In this document: positions 25,986-35,852 of the stretch, in pieces
How the letters are laid out: the number at the start of each line of letters is the position of its first letter
Numbering within the stretch: position 1 is the first letter of the stretch
IMG/VR virus record: IMGVR_UViG_3300043409_000384
Span: 1-52,222 of that record
Direction: 5' to 3' (one strand)
Source of the DNA: a virus
Lineage: Duplodnaviria; Caudoviricetes
DNA length: 52,222 nt
The notes under the pieces: model-generated
Database searches by the model: none
What the model was told of the DNA's origin: nothing
What the model saw: only the letters and a program-made list of their open reading frames with translations
Position numbers and translations under genes: made by a program

Positions 25986-27578
25986 TTAGGGATCTGGATA
26001 CGGATTAGATTGGTTACTTGACGCATTGAGATTGTCAACAGCATTTTGCTGTGGCGTTGTATACACCGTGCCATCAGCACCCACAACAGTTGTACTGCCA
26101 TCGGGATTGTATGTTGTGGTTTCACCGGTTTCGTCATTGAATATAGTTTCAGAGTCTGGACTACCAGCACCACCTTCTTCGGGACTGTTGCCACTCGGAT
26201 CCTGTGCTCGTTGCAACTCAGCAAGTTTATATTGGTTGTCAAGCACTGCTGATGTCAATCCATCAATGTTATCGTTGATGTCTTGTTCGTCGGACTGTAG
26301 TTGACTTAACTCAGCTTTGTTGTCCAGTATAATTTGTTCCAAGGCTGCAATATCTTCTTCAGTCAAGTTGGGATCATATTCAAGATTATATGTGTCAGCT
26401 TCAATTTGGGCTTCAAGTCTTGCTTGTGATGATTGATTATCCGCTAAGTCTTGATTTGCTTGTGCTATCGAATCTTCGTCTGCTGATATCTGTGCCGATA
26501 CTTGATCTATCTCGGCTTGTTGGTTTGTGCTTGCGGCAGCAGGATCGCTTGGTAATCCATCGCCATAACCTATTGTGGCACCATCAATCTTTTGACCGTT
26601 ACTAAACACTTTGCCTAGTTTGTCTTTGCCTTTGTTAAATAGATCTTTGGCGCTACCAGCAATAGCAGATATGCCGCCAGCACCAGCCAACACACCAACA
26701 CCCTTATCTATGCCACCTGCCAGTAATCCACTACCAATTGTGCTCAATGCTCCACCCAGTATGGCGGTACCATTGATGTTCTTGAGATTATTAAGTATAC
26801 CTGGCAAGCCGGTTAGTCCTTCGCTTAGATCGTGTACAGTTCTATCGGTTATGTTGGTTGTGCCCAATTCACTGGGACGAGTATCGTATTGCAACATAGC
26901 AAAGCCGGACACAGTATCTTCGCTAACTTGTCCGTAGGCATATTTAACAGCTTGAAATTGCACAGTCATTGTGTTTTCTAGTGTGCCAGACTCGCCACCT
27001 TGTGCATGTTCACCGTGTTGAAATTGTGTAATAGTGGGATTAATTAATGTATACTCAGCAAACTTTTTGTTGTGCAAACTGTAAATTCTAATGGCATTTA
27101 AAAATTGTTGTGTGCCGGGACTACTAGCAGGATACTGTCTAGGTGTGTAACCCCAAATTTGATTTTGTCTTGCACTGTACTTGGTTGGAGCCGCATAAAT
27201 GCTTTCATTCCAATCGCTGTCTCTATAATAGTAACTGTAGTAGTCATACCAAAAATTTCTAACTACATCTAAGTTGTCATCGTGAAATTTAATACTTACT
27301 GCATCATATTTGACTTTTGTTTGTACAATATCAACACGGTTGTATGCATTCAGTGTTTTTGTTTCAACTGTGAACTTTGGCAAGCTGGCACTTTTAACAA
27401 CCAGCCCCATTCGTAATTTATCATCATTGGAAACTCTTGCAATTTCAGGATTCAAATCAAATGCCACATGGAATAACCAACCGTACTTGGGACTAAGTCC
27501 AAAGTTATTGTCAACAAAGATTCTGGCCGCGTGTGTGCGATCAAACATGAAATTTTTATTAGTAGATGGTACCGGCAT
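25986..27578 (-). CDS. Tail tube-like / baseplate-tube junction protein with a long acidic C-terminal extension
   Basis: N-terminal tube-fold signature (PKYGWLFHV, LPKF, YNR, IKFHDD); directly downstream of the tube gene. Confidence 0.65.
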   Translation of the reverse strand: MPVPSTNKNFMFDRTHAARIFVDNNFGLSPKYGWLFHVAFDLNPEIARVSNDDKLRMGLVVKSASLPKFTVETKTLNAYNRVDIVQTKVKYDAVSIKFHDDNLDVVRNFWYDYYSYYYRDSDWNESIYAAPTKYSARQNQIWGYTPRQYPASSPGTQQFLNAIRIYSLHNKKFAEYTLINPTITQFQHGEHAQGGESGTLENTMTVQFQAVKYAYGQVSEDTVSGFAMLQYDTRPSELGTTNITDRTVHDLSEGLTGLPGILNNLKNINGTAILGGALSTIGSGLLAGGIDKGVGVLAGAGGISAIAGSAKDLFNKGKDKLGKVFSNGQKIDGATIGYGDGLPSDPAAASTNQQAEIDQVSAQISADEDSIAQANQDLADNQSSQARLEAQIEADTYNLEYDPNLTEEDIAALEQIILDNKAELSQLQSDEQDINDNIDGLTSAVLDNQYKLAELQRAQDPSGNSPEEGGAGSPDSETIFNDETGETTTYNPDGSTTVVGADGTVYTTPQQNAVDNLNASSNQSNPYPDP

Positions 27579-27593
27579 ACAGTTATTTATGGT

Positions 27594-27622
27594 CAAAAAA
27601 AAGCCCGGGATAAACCGGGCTT
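27594..27622 (-). terminator. Intrinsic terminator after the tail tube gene
   Basis: AAGCCCGG-TTTATC-CCGGGCTT followed by a poly-T run. Confidence 0.9.
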
Positions 27623-27637
27623 GCTATACTTACGTTA

Positions 27638-28282
27638 TTAAGCTGTTTGATATGTTAGTGTATTAACGCCAGCAGTGGCTCTAACTTGCTTGCCAGATTC
27701 TGGATCAGCATCACCACCTGTTGGGTGTAGGATAGCATTGTCGAAACGGATTGTCAATGCAATCATTGCGGCTTCGCTTGTACCATAGTTCATCTCACCC
27801 CAGTCAGCTTGACTAATTTGGCAACCTGTCATCTCCCACTTTTCCAATGTCACTGGTGCCGACTTGCCGTTGCCGCCATCTAGTACTTCGTATACCAGAT
27901 CAAATTTGTAGTTACCACCGGAAGCCGCACTAGACTGCTCCAAGAAGTCAAACTGCTTTTGAATTTGTTGGCTTACCAATGTACCAACTTGCCCACCCAT
28001 GTCGTCACGCAGGTTAACTGTAGTTTCTGCCCACTCGGGTTTGCCTTGCATGTAGATTTTACTGTTGTAAATGTCTAGTGCAAATGGATTAAAATTAACG
28101 CTGGGACGCTTGATATCAACAACTTGTTTTGTTAATTCTTGAGCGTTTGATGCGCCTGTACCTGTGCCGCCAAAGTTTAAGAAAGTAGCACGAAAGCGAT
28201 ACTTTAGTTTTGGCATTAACAGACCTTGAGTGTTACCATCAAAAGGTACTGTAAATTTGTTTAATGACGCTACGGTTGACAT
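27638..28282 (-). CDS. 19: Tail tube protein (gp19-like)
   Basis: LMPKLKYRFR, LRDD, LEKW..GC, LTIRFDNA; follows the sheath gene. Confidence 0.85.
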   Translation of the reverse strand: MSTVASLNKFTVPFDGNTQGLLMPKLKYRFRATFLNFGGTGTGASNAQELTKQVVDIKRPSVNFNPFALDIYNSKIYMQGKPEWAETTVNLRDDMGGQVGTLVSQQIQKQFDFLEQSSAASGGNYKFDLVYEVLDGGNGKSAPVTLEKWEMTGCQISQADWGEMNYGTSEAAMIALTIRFDNAILHPTGGDADPESGKQVRATAGVNTLTYQTA

Positions 28283-28326
28283 CTTATATATTCTCCTATT
28301 ACACTTATTTACCTATATTCTTACTC

Positions 28327-28355
28327 AATGATGCTAGGGGTGTCCCTAGCATTAT
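28327..28355 (-). other. Stem-loop between sheath and tube genes
   Basis: ATGCTAGGG-GTGT-CCCTAGCAT inverted repeat without a strong U tract. Confidence 0.6.
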
Positions 28356-28364
28356 CTACGTAGT

Positions 28365-31300
28365 TTATTTTCCTAACGATCCAGCCGCAATAGAACCTGG
28401 ATTCAACAAGCGAATTGGAATGTAAATAAACTCAACGTCTTTGACAGGCTCGATGGCAATGTCAATATAAAGTTCATTTGCCGCAACACGAGCTGGTGTG
28501 TTGTTTGTAGTATCACATACAACCAAGAAGTCATAGATACCGCGTTTGGCAACCAGGTCGTTCATTGCACCTTCAATCACACGCTTGATTTGATCACGTG
28601 TAATCTTGTCATTTGGTTCAAACAAGAAACCGTTACCAACCTTAGCAAAAATTGTACGAATATAGTTTACCAACCGTGCAACGTTGACCCGATCCAATGA
28701 ACTGGCAAATGCATTACGAGTCTTTTGTCCCCACACACACAAACCAATACCTGGTAGGATTGTGATTGGATTGACGTTGTTCTGATACATAGAATCACGT
28801 AGACCTTGGCTAACACCATTGCGAGTAAACTCACCGGTTGCTTCGTTAATATAACCAATGTCTGTGGCATTGTCAACTAAACCACGGCGTACACCTGCTG
28901 GTGCAAACCAAGGAAAGCTCACGCTGTCATTACGTATAAATGTACGCAACATAATATGGCTTGGCGGTACTACAACGGTGTTGCCCTTGACGTCACTAGA
29001 TTGTGCGCTTGGATAGTAAACACCCAAGTACGGATCTGCTGTGCTTAGGCCGTCGCCGTTTGTGTTGTTACTCCAGTTTGCAATAGCCACTGCGTTTGGA
29101 GCCAATGAGAATGGTGTATCGCCAATAATAAATGCTGTATTAGCACGGTCGTTGTTTAGACCAACCATGTCATCAATCAACTCTTGATATCCAGGGGCCG
29201 CAATGATGTTGAACGCAAACTGGTCTTCGCGTATTTCTGTACTGGCCGCAATGGCTGACTGCATGGCTTTAACAACCATGTTGCGCTGTGCGGCTGGACC
29301 TGCATACATGCTGCCATCATTCTTGTTACCACTTACTGTCTGCCATGTAGCGGCTACATCAGGTAAACTGCTGCCTGCATTTGGAACAGCAGGAGTGTCA
29401 GGAAAGCTGGTAGCATTAAAATAGTCACTGACATACTGCTTAACGTTAAAGCCACTGCGACGTGTGTTGAACAACAACATGCCACGTGGATATAAACGAT
29501 GATCAGGAGCATCTTGATCAATATAATTGCTAGTTGTCAATGTAGCAATACTTGGGAACGAACCAGTCACAATGTCTGTTGTACCATCTGTGTCCCAACG
29601 TGCATCAGCAAACAAAATACCGTTCTGGCTTGTTTGGTCTGTTTTGTCAACAGCCACAAATTTTGTACCGTTGTAACGATATAGTGATGGATAGTTGACC
29701 AAGTCACCCGAATCTAACCATAAGTCACCTGCTGTTAATGCGGTATTGTCGGTTTGTGTAGTTGGCTCACTGGCACTAACAATAACACCACTGGGATCGG
29801 TGTTGGTCAAGTTATATCCACGAGCATCGCTAGTTGGATTACGATAACCTTTCCATCCTGAATTGTTGATCATAATATCAACATCAGCCGCATCACCGTA
29901 GTACCATAATGTACCATCTTCCGGCGCCTGATATGGTGTAGAGAAACTGTATGTATATGCTTGGAAGCCAGTTCCAGTACCGCCAGGTGTCCAGTTGCTT
30001 AATACCAAGCCAGGAGTTGCTGGATCAGCACTTACGCCAGTTGTACTGGTAGTAAAACCAGCTGTTGTTAACGGTGTGCCTGTAACATTATTAAGAATAA
30101 TCTCGCCACCTAGTTCGTGTTTAATAGTAACAGCACCAGATGAGCCAACACTAGCAGTAACATAAGGAATGTTTTGTGCCAAAATTGCGGCCACAAAGTC
30201 AGCTGTTGCTGTGCCACCCAGTGTACAAGTGTAGCTACCAAGTGTAGTTGTACCCAAGTCTGTGGCTTGTAGTGTAAAACTATTACCAACAGTAAATGCC
30301 GCAGATGGTATGCTACCGGTTACACTAGTCATTGGGCCTGCGTTACGGAACATTAATCTAACGCCCAACAAATTGGTGTTACTAGAACTTACTGTATAAC
30401 GAGCATACATAGAACCTTCAGCAATACCATTGCCGCCACCTGACAAATCTAAATTGTATATAGCCGATGCACTACTAACATACACTGGCACTGACAACGA
30501 TGTGAATGATCCTGCTGTGGCATTGTATTGCTTGACTGCAAGGTTCATGCCGTTGCCTTGTACGCTGGTTTTTATGTAGACCGAACCACTTGGAGCCGCG
30601 ACTGTGTCACTAGACAACCAACTTGGGATATCTACATAACTACCACGTGATATTTGTGGACTGAAATATGTACCAGCAGTGATACCTGCTTTGGACAATG
30701 GAGTACCCGGACCGTCAATTAAAATAACTTTACCGTCTGCTGTACTACCTGTGCTCTTAGCATAACTAGTGGCATAAATCTTTAATACTCCACTGGCACC
30801 GGAAGCTGTTACACCAGAAATTGCGGCATCATTGATCTTAGATGCGATTGCCGACACAGTTGTTGCTGTGGTTAATGATATATTAGATGTATTAATTGTT
30901 ACAAAAGCATTGGCTGTAAATGCCTCTGGCGCTGTACCAGTGACCGTGGGCCATGCTTGTTGCCACGTATTTCCACCAACTTGAGTCCATGCATTGTCGG
31001 GAGTTTTATAAAATGTTGTATTGTCTGTGCTGGCAACAACAACTGCATAACTGCCAATTGTACCAATTGATGCTTTTGGTGTTCCCGACGTTAAATCTGT
31101 AGTGTCTGTGATAACAATAGGTGTTTCACGAGTAAATGTGCCCAAACTGGCATCCCACTCATTAATACCCCATGTGGTGCTGTTTAAATCCAACCAGTAT
31201 GTGCCATCTTCCACAGGACTGTCAGGACGGTTACTTGTAGCATCTAATTGATCCAAATCAATATCAGCACGAACAGCATATAAACTGTTGGCCGCGCCCA

Positions 31301-31601
31301 GGGCGCTGTGAGCGGCTAACAAGCCGTATTCGTTTTGTTCGTTGCCATGCAATGGTGTACCTGAACTGCTTTGTTTGAAAGTAGCGTAACCAAATGCGGC
31401 CGCTAATTCTCTTTGACTAGTAAACGATTGTAGTTTACCTGCATTGCTTGATGTTGTGCCGTATGCGGCAGTACCATCTGGAGCTGTTTTGTCTTGTGCT
31501 GTTGCCAGAATGACTAAAGGCACTGTACCCGCCGCTGTTGACACATAGGCGCTCATGTCGGTTACTGTAATACTTTGTCCTGGTGAAACTAATGAAGCCA
31601 T
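28365..31601 (-). CDS. 18: Contractile tail sheath protein (gp18-like)
   Basis: LVSPG N-terminus, WFAPAG..RG, WGQKT, RVNVARL, FEPND..TR, VVCD.TNNT, EFIYIP. Confidence 0.96.
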   Translation of the reverse strand: MASLVSPGQSITVTDMSAYVSTAAGTVPLVILATAQDKTAPDGTAAYGTTSSNAGKLQSFTSQRELAAAFGYATFKQSSSGTPLHGNEQNEYGLLAAHSALGAANSLYAVRADIDLDQLDATSNRPDSPVEDGTYWLDLNSTTWGINEWDASLGTFTRETPIVITDTTDLTSGTPKASIGTIGSYAVVVASTDNTTFYKTPDNAWTQVGGNTWQQAWPTVTGTAPEAFTANAFVTINTSNISLTTATTVSAIASKINDAAISGVTASGASGVLKIYATSYAKSTGSTADGKVILIDGPGTPLSKAGITAGTYFSPQISRGSYVDIPSWLSSDTVAAPSGSVYIKTSVQGNGMNLAVKQYNATAGSFTSLSVPVYVSSASAIYNLDLSGGGNGIAEGSMYARYTVSSSNTNLLGVRLMFRNAGPMTSVTGSIPSAAFTVGNSFTLQATDLGTTTLGSYTCTLGGTATADFVAAILAQNIPYVTASVGSSGAVTIKHELGGEIILNNVTGTPLTTAGFTTSTTGVSADPATPGLVLSNWTPGGTGTGFQAYTYSFSTPYQAPEDGTLWYYGDAADVDIMINNSGWKGYRNPTSDARGYNLTNTDPSGVIVSASEPTTQTDNTALTAGDLWLDSGDLVNYPSLYRYNGTKFVAVDKTDQTSQNGILFADARWDTDGTTDIVTGSFPSIATLTTSNYIDQDAPDHRLYPRGMLLFNTRRSGFNVKQYVSDYFNATSFPDTPAVPNAGSSLPDVAATWQTVSGNKNDGSMYAGPAAQRNMVVKAMQSAIAASTEIREDQFAFNIIAAPGYQELIDDMVGLNNDRANTAFIIGDTPFSLAPNAVAIANWSNNTNGDGLSTADPYLGVYYPSAQSSDVKGNTVVVPPSHIMLRTFIRNDSVSFPWFAPAGVRRGLVDNATDIGYINEATGEFTRNGVSQGLRDSMYQNNVNPITILPGIGLCVWGQKTRNAFASSLDRVNVARLVNYIRTIFAKVGNGFLFEPNDKITRDQIKRVIEGAMNDLVAKRGIYDFLVVCDTTNNTPARVAANELYIDIAIEPVKDVEFIYIPIRLLNPGSIAAGSLGK

Positions 31602-31708
31602 ATTATTTTTCCTTTACATAATAGGTTATGTTAATGATATTTATTCATATACGCTAATTTTAGTCGGTTAGGTTGCCCTTTGCAAAGGTTTATATATATA
31701 AATACAGT

Positions 31709-32059
31709 ATGCCCGACCGCCCATTATGCCCTGCTTGCTTTGAAAAGCCAGTGGCTATCAATTATTTGTCAGAAGACACCGTACATTATCGTAGTGTATG
31801 CGATACGTGTGCCCGAAAAAAGAAAAAACTAAAGCCGCCGCCACCGCAATGGTTCAAACGAGGCTATAGAAAAAAGCCACAATGTGAACAATGCGGCTTT
31901 CAATTTAAATTTCCGGATCAAAGTCTAGTATATCACGTGGACAGCAATTTAACCAACTGTGATCAAAACAATTTAAAAACAGTTTGTTTAAATTGCAGGG
32001 TAGCCATTAGTAAAGGCCGGCTGGGATGGAAACCTGCAAAGGCTGTACAAGACTTTTGA
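31709..32059 (+). CDS. Zn-finger / HNH-like small protein
   Basis: CPAC, CDTC, CEQCGF, VYHVD.N..N...NLKTVCLNC; TATAAATA upstream. Confidence 0.7.
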   Translation: MPDRPLCPACFEKPVAINYLSEDTVHYRSVCDTCARKKKKLKPPPPQWFKRGYRKKPQCEQCGFQFKFPDQSLVYHVDSNLTNCDQNNLKTVCLNCRVAISKGRLGWKPAKAVQDF

Positions 32060-32651
32060 GCTGATTGTACAAATTTTCAATGCTTTTGTTGTTGTCAATT
32101 GTTACATCAAAGTCTGTGCCAGCCCAGCTATATTCACTGGCATGTATCTTTTGCTCCGTTAACCAATTTTGTGCATTTGTACTGCCCCGGTTGGCCTGTG
32201 CCGCAATGTCGTACCAGTGTGGTGTTATACCACGCTGTATCCATACTATCCGTGCACCTTGGGCTTTTAATCCTCGAATCTCATTGGGAAAACGACAATC
32301 GCTAATAACAATATTATCGCGGGCTGTACGCAGTTTGTTTTCTAAGCTGGCAATCCAAATGTCATCATGAAAGTGTTGGCGTAGTACATCGGTGCCCCAG
32401 TACTGTAGAATCCAACGCGGTGTAATGGGTATACCTAATCGAGTGGTCCACCAGGCATCTTCAGTTTCACGCCATTCGCGGCTTTCTTTGGTGCGACCTT
32501 CCAGCATGTCGCGGTCCCAACCAAACACATGGGCTACAGCATCTTTAAGAGTAGCCGCAAAACTCTCTCGTCGAAACCCATGAAAGTTAACTAGATAGTC
32601 TGCCGCAGTATCTTTGCCACTACCAATAAAACCGCAAATACCAATAATCAT
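32007..32651 (-). CDS. 1: Deoxynucleoside monophosphate kinase (T4 gp1-like)
   Basis: IIGICGFIGSGKDT, SFA..LKD, TPR.ILQ..GT, ISDCRFPNE, HASE. Confidence 0.93.
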   Translation of the reverse strand: MIIGICGFIGSGKDTAADYLVNFHGFRRESFAATLKDAVAHVFGWDRDMLEGRTKESREWRETEDAWWTTRLGIPITPRWILQYWGTDVLRQHFHDDIWIASLENKLRTARDNIVISDCRFPNEIRGLKAQGARIVWIQRGITPHWYDIAAQANRGSTNAQNWLTEQKIHASEYSWAGTDFDVTIDNNKSIENLYNQLKSLVQPLQVSIPAGLY

Positions 32652-32702
32652 AAAAATGCTCCTATTACAGAGCATTTTAACTTATTTGTACAATAAGGTC
32701 AA
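32652..32702 (-). promoter_or_regulatory. Sigma70 promoter overlapping an SD-sequestering hairpin of the dNMP kinase gene
   Basis: TTGACC-N17-TAAAAT; stem AAAATGCTC/GAGCATTTT includes part of AGGAG. Confidence 0.65.
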
Positions 32703-32704
32703 CT

Positions 32705-33238
32705 TTAACAATTCCATTTACGCAGGGCCAGGGCTTTGCGAGTGGGCTTGCCATTGGGCTTTTTCATTGGGCCTTTTACACCCGACATTCTGGCACAGAA
32801 TGATTTACGGCGCTTGGCGGCTTTTGATCCTGTTTTTAGTTTACTGGGTTTGGTAGTGACTGCTGTTTGCAGTTTTGATCCGGGATTCTCTCTGCGATAG
32901 CTGGCAACGCCTTTGGCATTTAACCCGCCACTCTTGCTTTTGCCTTCTTTTCTGCGCCAGGCCGCTGTTTCATATAGCTCAGCATCATCAACACTTTCAA
33001 AGTCTTCCCAGATTTGTTCAGCGTCAACTCCGTGATGCTCGGCCAGGCTCTCAACCATTTCTTCAATAGCATCAAACTGTTCGTCTGGTGACAGCTCTTC
33101 GCCAATCTTTTTGCAACTACCTGCTTCACCGCGCTTTTTGCCGGGCACTTTTTTGTAGCCGGTCCAGCACTTGTCGTAAATCTTGCTGTTAGGGTGTGCT
33201 TCGTTGATGCTTTCTGTGATAATTTCTGTAATTTTCAT
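32705..33238 (-). CDS. Basic hypothetical protein with MKITEII N-terminus
   Basis: KCWTGYKK segment and C-terminal GGLNAKG..RRKSFCARM..ALRKWNC, a basic phage domain. Confidence 0.75.
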   Translation of the reverse strand: MKITEIITESINEAHPNSKIYDKCWTGYKKVPGKKRGEAGSCKKIGEELSPDEQFDAIEEMVESLAEHHGVDAEQIWEDFESVDDAELYETAAWRRKEGKSKSGGLNAKGVASYRRENPGSKLQTAVTTKPSKLKTGSKAAKRRKSFCARMSGVKGPMKKPNGKPTRKALALRKWNC

Positions 33239-33241
33239 ACG

Positions 33242-34375
33242 TTATCCTGTTACCCAAGTCATGGGCATATTGCCTTCGATATTGTTTATAAGTTGCTTTT
33301 CCAAATCTTCCATTTCTGCGGCGGCTTCGGTCTTGAGTGCATCGCCATTCAGACTTGCACCACCTTGAGGTCCAGCAATTTGGTTAAACTTGCTACGAGC
33401 TTCACCTAGTATGCGTTTGGCAAACGAGTAGGCATACTCTTGTAACCAGGGAAATGCATAAGGATCGTTAAACAACATTTGGTCTGGCTTCTTGTTGTAG
33501 ATCCAAAGCAACACACCTTCAGCAAATTGATCCACTGTGTTGCTGTAGACTGTGGTTTTACTCAAGTCGAAGCCTGTAATGTCTGTGTATGTCAAAGTAT
33601 GGTCGGCTGTTACTGTAAACACAGTATGATCGTTATTGCGTGTCAGCACAGGATACATGCCGTTGTAGCCAGAATCTGGACAATTACTGATAATTATAGT
33701 GTCGCCCACATCTGCCATGTACGAAGTACTGGTAGTAATTGTAATTGTGCTACCCACTGCTAGACCACTGGATGTCAATGCGGCCAATCTAGCTGTGGTG
33801 TGCCCTGCATTGGGTATCTTACGTGTTAATGTTATTTTCTTTGTTACTGGATTGAATGTGTAAGTGATGTAGCCACCAAACATGACCATTGCCAACTTCT
33901 GGTAATCAGCAAACAGTTCAAAGTTTAATAATCCGCCAACACGACCTGCTACTAACATGTATGTGTTTAGGAAACCTGATGAGAATGGTTCAAATTGTGT
34001 GGCTGTATTGCCAACACCCGATCCAATGCCTCTTCGGAACACTTGACGCACACTCATGATTTCATCGGGCAAGATATATTCTTGTGTTTCTGGCAGTAGG
34101 TCCAAGAAAGCATAACTTTCTTCCACAGCATTGGCACTACGTTGACGGTATTTAATCAAGGCCTGTTTGATGGCCATGTCGTAGTGTTCTTTTTCTAGTT
34201 CAACATCTACAATACCATCACCTAAACGCATACGAATGTAGTCGGTTATTTCTGCTCGTTTAGCATTTGAACTATCGTACAATGAAGCGTCATATGCTAT
34301 AGGACCCGGGCCCACAAGGCTATCGACAGTTATGCTACCGGTACCTGAAAGCCCGGGTTTAATTGTTACACTCAT
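33242..34375 (-). CDS. 13: Neck protein (gp13-like)
   Basis: YIRMRLGDGIVDVEL, WLQEYA..AK.ILGEARSKF..I.GP.GG..LNG. Confidence 0.85.
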   Translation of the reverse strand: MSVTIKPGLSGTGSITVDSLVGPGPIAYDASLYDSSNAKRAEITDYIRMRLGDGIVDVELEKEHYDMAIKQALIKYRQRSANAVEESYAFLDLLPETQEYILPDEIMSVRQVFRRGIGSGVGNTATQFEPFSSGFLNTYMLVAGRVGGLLNFELFADYQKLAMVMFGGYITYTFNPVTKKITLTRKIPNAGHTTARLAALTSSGLAVGSTITITTSTSYMADVGDTIIISNCPDSGYNGMYPVLTRNNDHTVFTVTADHTLTYTDITGFDLSKTTVYSNTVDQFAEGVLLWIYNKKPDQMLFNDPYAFPWLQEYAYSFAKRILGEARSKFNQIAGPQGGASLNGDALKTEAAAEMEDLEKQLINNIEGNMPMTWVTG

Positions 34376-34420
34376 AGGAAATCCTGTTTACAGTATTTAT
34401 TACCGCAACAGGATTCCTAT
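34374..34420 (-). promoter_or_regulatory. Hairpin sequestering the neck-gene RBS/ATG with a late promoter in its loop
   Basis: ATAGGAATCCTGTT pairs with AACAGGATTTCCTAT; loop contains ATAAATA. Confidence 0.75.
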
Positions 34421-35590
34421 TTATTGCACTCGGAGCAGTACTATATCTGCGTTGATACGTCCTGTTAGTAGTGTTTCTGTGGCACGGATATCTTCTAAGA
34501 ACTTGCGTAACTGCACTTTACCTGCTTTGGCAAACTCAATCAGTTTCTCCTCAGGCTTACGCAATGTTTTACTGGTGCTCTTCTGTTCATCAAAGTTGAT
34601 GATTGTGGTACCTTTGACACTGAGTGTCTGATAACTTGCGGCCACGTACTTGCCCAACTTGCGTGTCTTTGTGTTGTACACCCATAGTTCGCTGGCGCCT
34701 AGGATGTCTGCAGGATTGATGCTGACAATTTTTAGTGCTGTGTCAGTTTTTGCATATTTGAGCTTGGCAATTAGTTTTTCCTTGCTTGGTGCTTTCTTGA
34801 CACGGGCTTTCTTGGTGGCTTTCTTGACTCCACGATACTGTTCCACTGCCGCTAGTAAGTTGTCAATCCAGGTGATCATGCGTTTAAAGTCAGCAGTCTT
34901 GTAATTGCTGTAACCTTCTCGCACTTGTTCGTCTTTTTTACTCTGGGCAAGTTCCAATTCTGTTCGTCGGCTGCCGAAAAGTGTTTCGTACTTGCCAAGT
35001 TGGCTTTGCACAACATTGTTAGCCACCAAAAAGTCATAGGGTTTAAAATCAACCTTGTTGTTCAAGTGTACTTCATCGTATACACCCTCAAGTTCTCCAA
35101 GTATTTCACTGGTGCGCTCACTTAATCGGTCTTGGATAGTGGGACGATATACTTCTACTTTTGTAACAACGACTTCAATTGCCTCTGGCTCTGCTAGTTT
35201 AACAGCCTCTCCAATTGCTTCTTTTAAGAAAGCAGTATGACGTGCCTTTAAAGGCATACCTTGACGATGTGCCATTACCAGGCTACAAGCAGTCATTGAC
35301 AACGAACGGTCAGATGCGCGGATAAACGCACCAACGTCTCGTTTAGTGAATACTTTCTCTTGCTTTTGCATCCATTCAACTACATACTTTTTGCAATCCT
35401 TTTGATTGTAGTGGTAATTGTAGTAGTAAAAACTACGACGCAAGTGATGGTCAAAGTCTGAATCTGAGAATCCCAATGCTCGTTCGGTATCCCAGACTGG
35501 CTCACTGCCGGTGTACTTTTCATCAGCAAACTTGACACGATGAACCTTGGGTGCTTTTGATTTAATCTTGATGCCTGCTACTGTAGCCAT
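34421..35590 (-). CDS. Hypothetical Lys-rich protein
   Basis: 389 aa; LWVYNTKTRKL, KTLRKPE, GRIN C-terminus; SD GGAG. Confidence 0.8.
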   Translation of the reverse strand: MATVAGIKIKSKAPKVHRVKFADEKYTGSEPVWDTERALGFSDSDFDHHLRRSFYYYNYHYNQKDCKKYVVEWMQKQEKVFTKRDVGAFIRASDRSLSMTACSLVMAHRQGMPLKARHTAFLKEAIGEAVKLAEPEAIEVVVTKVEVYRPTIQDRLSERTSEILGELEGVYDEVHLNNKVDFKPYDFLVANNVVQSQLGKYETLFGSRRTELELAQSKKDEQVREGYSNYKTADFKRMITWIDNLLAAVEQYRGVKKATKKARVKKAPSKEKLIAKLKYAKTDTALKIVSINPADILGASELWVYNTKTRKLGKYVAASYQTLSVKGTTIINFDEQKSTSKTLRKPEEKLIEFAKAGKVQLRKFLEDIRATETLLTGRINADIVLLRVQ

Positions 35591-35817
35591 TACTTTCGCT
35601 CCTTTTTAACTCGGCCAATACGGCCTGCTTTGTTCCAATCATATGCGACTCCATCGGGACACTTGCCGTCCCTAACAGAGTCCACGCCAAACCGTCCCAC
35701 AATCTCAAATCCGTTGCCCACAATCGTAACAAACTCGTTAAGTACTTTAGCCCGATCCATTGCCCGATCCAAATCATCAAATTCTTGTTCTTGGGTTTTT
35801 GTTATTAATTTATACAT
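35590..35817 (-). CDS. Small hypothetical early protein
   Basis: ATG 6 nt after TTGACA-N17-TATACT (35852-35824). Confidence 0.75.
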   Translation of the reverse strand: MYKLITKTQEQEFDDLDRAMDRAKVLNEFVTIVGNGFEIVGRFGVDSVRDGKCPDGVAYDWNKAGRIGRVKKERK

Positions 35818-35852
35818 ACACCTAGTATAGCAAATCAACCATTTTGTGTCAA

